Of a stretch of 64,000 nucleotides of DNA, positions 1 to 6,785 are shown piece by piece. Both the position numbers and the translations under genes were made by a program. Origin of the DNA: Terriglobales bacterium. GTDB taxonomy: Bacteria; Acidobacteriota; Terriglobia; Terriglobales; Acidobacteriaceae. Below the pieces are notes generated by a model that worked only from the letters and a program-made list of their open reading frames with translations, had not been told where the DNA came from and did not search any database. Position 1 is the first letter of the stretch; each line of letters opens with the position of its first letter. Location of the stretch: assembly GCA_049300195.1 (NCBI GenBank), contig JBAQJF010000064.1, positions 710 to 64,709 on the forward strand, in the 5' to 3' direction.

Positions 1-856
1 AAACCATCGGGCCGCGAGCGGTCATCATTAATCCGCAATAGAGGACGCCTTTGTATTCGGCGCCTTCGGCTTTCATTCCGGCTACGACCGGGCGTGCGAT
101 GTGCGTGACCAGCCAGTCGCGCATCTGGTCGTCGATGATCGTTTTTGTGGTGTAGGCGCCCATGCCTCCCGTGTTGGGGCCGGTGTCGCCGTCGTAGGCG
201 CGCTTGTGGTCTTGCGCGGCTACCAGCGGGGCTACGCGCTCTCCGTCGCTTACGACCAGGAAGGAGAGTTCGTCGCCTTGCAGAAATTCTTCGAGCACTA
301 CGCGGGCTCCGGCTTCGCCTAACATGCGGCCGCTTAGCATGTCGGCGGCTGCCGTGGCGGCTTCTTCTTTACTCTTGGCGATGACTACGCCTTTGCCGGC
401 GGCCAGGCCGTCGGCTTTGACTACGATGGGCGGGTGGAAGTGCGGGAGGGCGTCGCGGACTTCGTCGTTGGAATTGCAGATGGCGTAGTGGGCGGTCGGG
501 ATGTGATGGCGCTGGAGGAATTCTTTCGCGAAACTTTTGCTGGTTTCGAGTTGCGCGGCGGATTGGGTGGGGCCGAAGGTGCGCCAGCCTCGACGGGTGA
601 ATTCGTCGACTACGCCCAGCATGAGCGGAAGTTCCGGGCCGATTACGGTCAAGTCGGGCTGGAGGTGGTTCGCTAGCTCGACCATGGAGTCGAGGCTTTT
701 TACGTCGACGGGTAGACACTCGGCTTCTTCGGCGATGCCGCCGTTGCCGGGGGCGCAGTAGATTTTGCCGGCGCGGGGGGATTGGCGGAGCTTCCAGACC
801 AGGGCGTGCTCGCGGCCTCCGCTGCCGATAACGAGGATTTTTGTCGTGCCGGGCAT
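1..856 (-). CDS. purD: phosphoribosylamine--glycine ligase PurD (C-terminus cut by window edge)
   Basis: Not in the ORF track because it runs off the window. My reverse-strand translation from the ATG at 856 reads MPGTTKILVIGSGGREHALVWKL ... VVKADGLAAGKGVVIA ... GPNTGGMGAYT, which are GARS/ATP-grasp signatures. Confidence 0.9.
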   Translation of the reverse strand, partial: MPGTTKILVIGSGGREHALVWKLRQSPRAGKIYCAPGNGGIAEEAECLPVDVKSLDSMVELANHLQPDLTVIGPELPLMLGVVDEFTRRGWRTFGPTQSAAQLETSKSFAKEFLQRHHIPTAHYAICNSNDEVRDALPHFHPPIVVKADGLAAGKGVVIAKSKEEAATAAADMLSGRMLGEAGARVVLEEFLQGDELSFLVVSDGERVAPLVAAQDHKRAYDGDTGPNTGGMGAYTTKTIIDDQMRDWLVTHIARPVVAGMKAEGAEYKGVLYCGLMMTARGPMV

Positions 857-945
857 TTGGGAACTTTTAAGGGTAGGGGCGCACGCGGGCTATGTCAAAC
901 GGGAGTTCATGGCGGCAGGAACTCAGGGGGAACTGGGCTTCATTC

Positions 946-995
946 AGGAAGTAGGGGCCACCCCTTTTCCAGGAAGTAGGGGCCACCCCTTTTCG
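946..995. repeat. tandem duplication of a 25-nt unit
   Basis: AGGAAGTAGGGGCCACCCCTTTTCC (946-970) is followed directly by AGGAAGTAGGGGCCACCCCTTTTCG (971-995). Each unit holds a mini-hairpin AGGGG-CCA-CCCCT plus TTTT. It lies between the purD start and the 3' end of the 1026-1790 regulator. Confidence 0.9.
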
Positions 996-1025
996 CGGCT
1001 GAGTATTGGATCTGTCCAATTTGGA

Positions 1026-1790
1026 TCAGGCCACATTTTCCTCGGAAGGTGAGCGAGCAGGCACATCGGATTGGGTGCCGATGGATTCTTCGGACGCGCG
1101 GTTTCCATCCGCAGAATGTCCCTCCGATGCGCGTACATCGGACCCGGTCGCCTGCACAATATTGTTGCGCACGGCATAGAGAACCAGTTCGCTGACGGAG
1201 TGCAATCCGAGTTTGCCCATGATGTTGCTGCGATGCGTCTCCGCCGTCTTCACGCTCAGGCCAAGCAGCGCCGCGACATCTTTGGTGCTCTTACCTTCCG
1301 CGAGCAGCTTGATGACTTCGCTCTCGCGCGGCGTCAGAGTATCTTTTTCGAGCGAGCGGCGATTCCCACGCAGGTCGGAACCGAGGCCGGCGTGATTCAT
1401 CTTCGGACTGAAATAGACCGAGTTCCGCTGAATGGTCTCGATCGCGCCAATCAATTCTTTGCCCGCATCGGATTTGAGGATGAGTCCTTTCGCTCCCATT
1501 TGCATGGCGGTTTTGGCGGCTTGATCGGTGTCATACACAGTGAGAAACAAGATTTTCGCTTTTGGGTTATCGTGCAAGATCTGGCGGCCTGCATCAAGCC
1601 CATTCAGATTCGGCATTCCAATATCGAGAGCAATCAAATCCGGATTGCATTCTCCAACTTTTTGCAGCGTTTCTTTTCCATCCACGGCTTCCGCGCAAAC
1701 TTCCCAGCCAGGATGCGATTCGATGATCGCGCGAATTCCCTGACGCACGATCTCGTGATCATCGGCAACAAGTATCCGAAAATTTGCCAT
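1026..1790 (-). CDS. NarL/LuxR-family response regulator (REC + LuxR HTH) with a Ser/acidic C-terminal tail
   Basis: ILVADDHEIVRQG, DLIALDIGMPNLNG (phospho-Asp pocket), LILKSD, and the HTH LTPRESEVIKLLAEGKSTKDVAALLGLSVKTAETHRSNIMGKLG. Confidence 0.9.
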   Translation of the reverse strand: MANFRILVADDHEIVRQGIRAIIESHPGWEVCAEAVDGKETLQKVGECNPDLIALDIGMPNLNGLDAGRQILHDNPKAKILFLTVYDTDQAAKTAMQMGAKGLILKSDAGKELIGAIETIQRNSVYFSPKMNHAGLGSDLRGNRRSLEKDTLTPRESEVIKLLAEGKSTKDVAALLGLSVKTAETHRSNIMGKLGLHSVSELVLYAVRNNIVQATGSDVRASEGHSADGNRASEESIGTQSDVPARSPSEENVA

Positions 1791-2030
1791 CCTCTAGGTT
1801 GTATCTTCGGAGCCCCCGACCGTACATAGGGAGAATCCTGTAGCCGCGGGCTTTAGACACCGAAGAGCAATCTCTAATGTTTACATCTTTCCAGGCTGGG
1901 GTGGCATTTTGAACAAATCTGCTTTTCCGCGGTGTATCAAACGCAACCAGTGACAGAGCTAACTAACTCTCGGGACAAGCACTTCGGGGCGCGAAAGCCC
2001 AATGGTATTCAGCTTGCTTCCTGCATTCGC

Positions 2031-2066
2031 GTCATTGCGAGAAGAGTGAAATCGCGCGCCGAACAC
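2031..2066 (+). repeat. degenerate copy of a GTCATnnnGAG...GAGTGA...CCGAAC intergenic repeat
   Basis: GTCATTGCGAGAAGAGTGAAATCGCGCGCCGAACAC resembles GTCATCCTGAGCGGAGTGAGGCGACAGCCGAACGAAG at 63730 (about 60% identity, aligned by eye). Confidence 0.35.
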
Positions 2067-2105
2067 TACTTATTTTTATTTTCCCGGCGCAGGGAGCGAA
2101 AACAC

Positions 2106-2279
2106 ATGTCTTTCGAGAAACACGATTGGCGGGAGCTTTGTGACGCGGCAAGCAAGGAACAGGATCCGGAGAAGCTAAGAACAATCATCTCGGAGTTGAT
2201 CAAAGTCCTCGATGAGCGCAAACGCACACAACAAGACGTACTAGACGCGCGGCCACAGAAGACGCGGCCCGAAATCTAG
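2106..2279 (+). CDS. 57-aa helical protein, 'DWRELC' small-protein family
   Basis: Internal ATG of track ORF 1932..2279, preceded by GGGAG about 10 nt upstream. MSFEKHDWRELCDAASKEQDPEKLRTIISELIKVLDERK. A clear paralog starts at 16878. Confidence 0.6.
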   Translation: MSFEKHDWRELCDAASKEQDPEKLRTIISELIKVLDERKRTQQDVLDARPQKTRPEI

Positions 2280-2468
2280 TGGCCTAAGACCAGACGGGAA
2301 AAGACGAATTACCTACCGCACTTGCCGGGATGCAATACAGCATTTTCTGTATTCTTTTCCGGTCTGTGAGCACCTATCGTCCTGTAGGTGCCCTATAGTG
2401 CCCGGAGCATCGGACCGAGGTCTCCGCGCTGTACTGCTCCTGATTTTTGGCGGGAGAAAAGATCTTCA

Positions 2469-3140
2469 ATGCCGCTGCGCATACTGCTGGTTGACGATCA
2501 CGAAGTGGTTCGTCGTGGACTGAGCGTGCTACTGCGCGCCAAGCCTGACTGGGAAGTATGCGGCGAAGCGAGCAATGGACGCGAAGCGGTCGAGAAAGCG
2601 CTGACGCTGGTTCCCGACATAGTTATTCTCGACGTCGGAATGCCGAACTTGAACGGCCTCGAAGCGACGCGTCAAATCGTAAAGGCCAAGCCGGAGATTC
2701 GCATCCTCATTCTCACTCTGCACGACTCCGATACTCTGGTACAGGAAGTGCTCAATGCCGGGGCTCGCGGCTTTTTGCTGAAGTCCGATGCGGCGCGCGA
2801 TCTGGTGACAGCGGTGGAAGCGCTGAAGAATAACAAGACGTACTTCACGCCCAAGGTCGCGTCGATGGTGCTTGATGGTTATCTGAACCGCAAGACGGCG
2901 GTAGCGCAGGAGGAAACGTTGCCGCGCGCGAAGCTGACCCCACGCGAACGGGAGATCGTGCAGTTGCTGGCTGAAGGGAAGAGCTCGAGAGAGGTTGCCG
3001 ACGCGCTCGGCTTAAGCGTGAAGACCGCGGAGACGCACCGCGCCAACATCATGCGCAAGCTTAATCTTCATTCGGTAAGCGATTTGGTGATGTATGCAGT
3101 GCGAAATAATATCGTGCACGTTGTTAAGCCGTCGTTTTAG
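2469..3140 (+). CDS. NarL/LuxR-family response regulator
   Basis: Internal ATG (MPLRILLVDDHEVVRRGL) of ORF 2388..3140. DIVILDVGMPNLNG, LLKSD, and the HTH LTPREREIVQLLAEGKSSREVADALGLSVKTAETHRANIMRKL. Confidence 0.9.
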   Translation: MPLRILLVDDHEVVRRGLSVLLRAKPDWEVCGEASNGREAVEKALTLVPDIVILDVGMPNLNGLEATRQIVKAKPEIRILILTLHDSDTLVQEVLNAGARGFLLKSDAARDLVTAVEALKNNKTYFTPKVASMVLDGYLNRKTAVAQEETLPRAKLTPREREIVQLLAEGKSSREVADALGLSVKTAETHRANIMRKLNLHSVSDLVMYAVRNNIVHVVKPSF

Positions 3141-3191
3141 GCTGCATATACAGTCACGATTCGTATTCCGGAAGTAACAGATAAGCAAGAA

Positions 3192-3227
3192 GGCGATGGT
3201 CTTCTAAGCCAATCGAAGACTATCGCC
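3192..3227. terminator. 13-bp stem hairpin between convergent genes
   Basis: GGCGATGGTCTTC-(10 nt loop)-GAAGACTATCGCC with one G-U pair. The minus-strand reading is followed by TTCTTGCTTAT. Confidence 0.5.
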
Positions 3228-3246
3228 CCTCGCGGCGAAACATAGA

Positions 3247-3825
3247 TTATGCTATGCGCTTGCGGCCACCAAGCTTTATGCTCCGAGTGGATTTCGCAGC
3301 CGACCGCCCCGATTCAGCGCCGGTTTCTTGGTCGCCTGCATTGAGCGCTTTCTTATTGAGCTTCTCAGCCAGGCCGGAGAGCGTCTCATCGGCCTCTTTT
3401 TCCTCTTCCAGCGTCTGTTGAAGGGCACTTGCAGCCTCGTCAAACCCGAGAAGAGTGGCATAGGTGCGAGCGGTGCCATACCCAGCCATTTCATAGTGCT
3501 CCACTCGTTGCGCGGAGGCGATGATGGCCGCATCCCGCACTTCCTTGTTTGAAACATTTTTCACCAGGTCACTGCCTTCCTTGAGAACGCCTTCCATGCC
3601 TTTGCACTTCTCGCCTTCGGCATCCTCGCCGAGTTCTTCGCAGATCTTCTCCACTCGATCCGCCTGCTTCTTGGTGACTTCCAAATGCTCGGTTAGCGCA
3701 TCGCGCAACTCTTCGGACTGCGCAGAATCGATCATTTTCGGCAGGGCCTTGATGATCTGTTGCTCCGCGTTGAAAAGATCCTGTAATTGTTCAACGTAAA
3801 GTTCCTGTAATGAATTCGCCGACAT
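3247..3825 (-). CDS. ferritin-like stress protein, DUF892 (YciE/YciF family)
   Basis: MSANSLQELYVEQLQDLFNAEQQIIKALPKM...LTEHLEVTKKQADRVEKI...AQRVEHYEMAGYGTARTYA, the typical DUF892 pattern. Confidence 0.85.
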   Translation of the reverse strand: MSANSLQELYVEQLQDLFNAEQQIIKALPKMIDSAQSEELRDALTEHLEVTKKQADRVEKICEELGEDAEGEKCKGMEGVLKEGSDLVKNVSNKEVRDAAIIASAQRVEHYEMAGYGTARTYATLLGFDEAASALQQTLEEEKEADETLSGLAEKLNKKALNAGDQETGAESGRSAAKSTRSIKLGGRKRIA

Positions 3826-4314
3826 GTCTTGCCTCCAAATTTAGTGAGTTTGAGTTAGAACCGTGATTTCGCTGCCCAATGTGTTTTCCGATTCGCAGAC
3901 CGTCCCAAGTATGGCGAGAGGCAAGTGCCGAGGGGCTTTCGCCGATCAGCACCTGCCTGGAGGGTGGGTATCTGGGGAAACCACATTTCGATACTGAAGC
4001 GAGCATAGGACGCATTAGAAAGTTCAACAATCCTGCCAACCCTGTAGTTCAACCTAAGAGTGTCCCTAGTGTGTGGATTTTGCGGGCGTATGAAAGGGAA
4101 GGACATAATGCCCGACGGAAGTCCAAGCTATTCCGCTAGTTAGCAAAGCGTTGCACTCATCGATTGGGCTGCCGGATGCCGCTTGGTTGGTTACAGCACG
4201 GAACTACTTCGGCTACGGAGATCACTCGATGGACGATCGAGGCCTGGCGACCTATTGTCGGCATTGCATGGGCGTATGGAATCGAACCATTGGGGCGCAG
4301 TGAAAGGAGCTTAA

Positions 4315-5001
4315 GTGAAAAACGAAATCAACTCCACGGATCGTCATCAAGCAGACCTAGAACTCGTGCGCAGGGCCCAGGAAGGTGATCCGGATGCCTT
4401 TGCATCCCTTTTCAGCGCGCATAAAACCAAGATTTATTCCCTTTGTTTAAGGATGACCAGCAATACCGCCGAAGCCGAGGATTTGACGCAGGACGCATTT
4501 CTTCAGGCTTTCCGCAAACTAGCGACCTTTCGCGGAGATTCCGCGCTTTCGACGTGGCTTTATCGCGTCGCGGTGAACACCGTACTCATGCACATGCGAA
4601 AAAAGGGTCTACGCGTAATGTCTCTCGATCAACCGCTAGAGGAACCCGATGGTTCAGTGAAGCGCGAGCAGGGAAAGCTCGACGACCGTCTGTCGGGTTC
4701 CGTCGACCGGATCGCACTGACCCGCGCGATGAAGGAGTTGCCCGCAGGCTATCGCACCATCTTTGTGCTGCACGAAGTGAAGGGATACGAGCATCACGAG
4801 ATCGCGCGCCTGTTGCATTGCTCGGTGGGGAATTCCAAATCGCAACTCCATAAGGCGAAGACGAGGATGCGAGAGTTGCTCGGCCTTGAGGAGGCGTATG
4901 CGGCCAGGGCTGCGAGAAGCCGTGAAACGGAGAATGCAGCGGCAAAGAACTCTTTGTCCCCAAGTGGCGTGGGCTGGGAACCCGTCACTGAAGCGGCGTA
5001 G
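4315..5001 (+). CDS. ECF (sigma-70 group 4) RNA polymerase sigma factor
   Basis: GTG start with AAAGGAG upstream. Region 2: DLTQDAFLQAFRKLATFRGDSALSTWLYRVAVN. Region 4: YRTIFVLHEVKGYEHHEIARLLHCSVGNSKSQLHKAK. A paralog starts at 47917. Confidence 0.9.
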   Translation: MKNEINSTDRHQADLELVRRAQEGDPDAFASLFSAHKTKIYSLCLRMTSNTAEAEDLTQDAFLQAFRKLATFRGDSALSTWLYRVAVNTVLMHMRKKGLRVMSLDQPLEEPDGSVKREQGKLDDRLSGSVDRIALTRAMKELPAGYRTIFVLHEVKGYEHHEIARLLHCSVGNSKSQLHKAKTRMRELLGLEEAYAARAARSRETENAAAKNSLSPSGVGWEPVTEAA

Positions 5002-5058
5002 TAGCGGCACCCCAGCTTGCGGGATTGCCGCGCCATCATTCCAGGCAAGGGAGGTGTC

Positions 5059-5187
5059 ATGCAGCGGGACGAATTGATGAAAGCGGATTTACTGAGCGAG
5101 GTGGTTTTGCTTGGAAGCGGCGTCGTGATACTAATGGCGCTCCTGATGGTACTGGTAGTTGCAATCGCGGGCGTACCGGCAATATAG
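5059..5187 (+). CDS. 42-aa single-pass membrane micro-protein (candidate anti-sigma partner)
   Basis: Below the track's length cutoff. ATG at 5059 with GGGAGG 5-10 nt upstream. MQRDELMKADLLSEVVLLGSGVVILMALLMVLVVAIAGVPAI*. It sits 57 nt after the sigma factor stop. Confidence 0.45.
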   Translation: MQRDELMKADLLSEVVLLGSGVVILMALLMVLVVAIAGVPAI

Positions 5188-5218
5188 CTCGCTACATCTT
5201 TGGCATGGAGAAACGACA

Positions 5219-5371
5219 ATGACTGAGAAATCCCCAAATAAGTGTGCTCATCCCCCCTGCATCTGTGCGGCCCCGCAAGGGGAAAAGTATTGCAGCCAAT
5301 TCTGCAAAGATGCCGGATCAAAAGAAGTCGAGATTGCGTGCGATTGCGGGCATCCCGCTTGCTCGAAATAA
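5219..5371 (+). CDS. bacterial metallothionein-like protein (SmtA/BmtA family)
   Basis: Internal ATG of ORF 5159..5371, with GGAGA about 8 nt upstream. MTEKSPNKCAHPPCICAAPQGEKYCSQFCKDAGSKEVEIACDCGHPACSK has 9 Cys and 2 His in 50 aa. The spacing KCAxxPCxC...YCSxxC...CGHxxC matches SmtA. Confidence 0.7.
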   Translation: MTEKSPNKCAHPPCICAAPQGEKYCSQFCKDAGSKEVEIACDCGHPACSK

Positions 5372-5696
5372 AGAGCGAACTACCGTGCCCGGAAGATTGT
5401 ATCCACCGCTGCCTGGGGTCTTTCACTTGTTCTCCGCAAGATAATGGCAGTTCCGCCACTAAGCTTCCACCTATACGGTCTTTTCCCATCTTGTCGGTGA
5501 CATTGGAGATCGTCCATTCAGGATAGCGCTGTCGAAATTCTAGCTGTCGACTCCTACCTCCAGGGAAAGAGTAAAAACAGATTCAAATATCGGCTGAGGC
5601 CTGTATTGATGACGTCGGCGAGGCGCGAGAAACTTTTCGCAGGGATCATCAGCGTGAGCAGTTTCGCACGGATCACCTCGGGGAGAACATGGCCCA

Positions 5697-5927
5697 ATGG
5701 GATTATTGAATATGTACAAATCGGGAGATCTGGTGCCAAAGTCAGGCATTTACGTGGTCTTGCATTCGACTCCACACATGTTGATCGACCATCAGATCTA
5801 TATTGAAGGAGCCCGATTTCTAGGCTGCCGCATGTGCCCTTTGGGAGTGTTGTACCGCCTCGAGGAACAGTGCGTGCCTACGCTATATCCGAATTTGACG
5901 GCTGCTCAAGGTTTGGGAGCCTCTTAA
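5697..5927 (+). CDS. hypothetical small protein
   Basis: ORF with GGGAG 11 nt upstream. MGLLNMYKSGDLVPKSGIYVVLH... has a PGD/SGIY-type N-terminus reminiscent of YjzC-like proteins. I recognise no firm domain. Confidence 0.4.
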   Translation: MGLLNMYKSGDLVPKSGIYVVLHSTPHMLIDHQIYIEGARFLGCRMCPLGVLYRLEEQCVPTLYPNLTAAQGLGAS

Positions 5928-6059
5928 GCGCTGTGCGCCGCTAATCGTCGATTGGCAGTTTGTTTTTCAATGCAGTTCGGCGATGGAAGCATTCAACAGG
6001 TGTACGCCAACGATCAGTTGCGTGGACGCCCACAACCAAAATTCAATTTGGAGGTTCAC

Positions 6060-6464
6060 ATGCGACACGTGCTCTTTCTTGCTGTGCTAATGCTCGGGAC
6101 AACCTGGGCGATTGCACAAAGCGATCAAAATCAGACTTCTCCAACCACCCAAACCGCTTCAGCACAGGGCGACATGTCGTCCGCCAACTCGGGCGGCAAC
6201 GCGACCGTTGTAGGCTGCTTGAGCGGTTCGGACGGAAACTATGTATTGACTGCCAAAAACGGAATGACTTATCAGCTGACCGGCGATACCGCAAAACTGA
6301 GCGAGCACGTCGGACACGAGATTAAGGTCACGGGAAGCAAATCCGCTTCGGCGATGTCGCCGGGCGGCGAGACGGAAAGCGGAGCGTCCAAAGAGACGTT
6401 GCAGGTCAGCTCTTTCAAGCATATTTCGAAGACCTGTTCGAGCGGCACTGGAATGTCGCACTAG
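6060..6464 (+). CDS. secreted hypothetical protein
   Basis: Internal ATG with GGAGG upstream. Signal peptide MRHVLFLAVLMLGTTWAIAQ. A strong terminator follows. Confidence 0.6.
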   Translation: MRHVLFLAVLMLGTTWAIAQSDQNQTSPTTQTASAQGDMSSANSGGNATVVGCLSGSDGNYVLTAKNGMTYQLTGDTAKLSEHVGHEIKVTGSKSASAMSPGGETESGASKETLQVSSFKHISKTCSSGTGMSH

Positions 6465-6490
6465 CCTTCAATCTCCGGAAAATCTGCCGG

Positions 6491-6517
6491 GCCCAGCCTT
6501 GTGGCTGGGCTTTTTTT
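6491..6517 (+). terminator. rho-independent terminator
   Basis: GCCCAGCC-TTGT-GGCTGGGC followed by TTTTTTT. Confidence 0.85.
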
Positions 6518-6785
6518 AACAACTGTTGTTGGCAACGAGATTCGCAACAACTCAGATGGCGATCGTCTCGAGCCGACCTTGCGCCCTTTATTCACCCACC
6601 GACTGCACATGAAAGTCGTTTCGGTTGCCTCCCATAAAAGCGATTTTCGGTTGCGACCTCTTCGTGTGGCTTAACATCTAAGGCAAAAGGATCAGGATCA
6701 CCGCATGGCTTGGCTGCGGGTCCCGCTTGGGGCATTGCGCACGAGCCTCGTACGATACGCCAATTTAGAGGGGGTTGGACTTCGA

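Noticed and set aside
1932-2105. The N-terminal extension of the 115-aa track ORF 1932-2279.
   Set aside because: The extension runs through an extragenic repeat copy (2031-2066) and has no RBS. The internal ATG at 2106 has a GGGAG RBS and matches the start of the paralog at 16878.
4199-4235. ECF-type promoter calls (GGAAC/GAACC -35 boxes) upstream of sigma #1 and sigma #2, the lmo0937-family gene, the YflT-like gene, the 39233 gene and PfpI.
   Set aside because: GAACC-like pentamers recur, but the sequence 16-18 nt downstream is not consistent between loci (no shared CGTC/TC -10). Distances to the start codons also differ widely. This is not supportable without TSS data.
4215-4300. A tRNA-like T-loop signature (GGAATCGAACC at 4278-4288, reverse complement GGTTCGATTCC) suggested a minus-strand tRNA.
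   Set aside because: The T-stem has only 4 bp with a mismatch. No complementary acceptor 5' strand (rc CGCCCAT) is found at the required distance, which would fall inside the sigma-factor coding region. There is also no anticodon or D-arm geometry.
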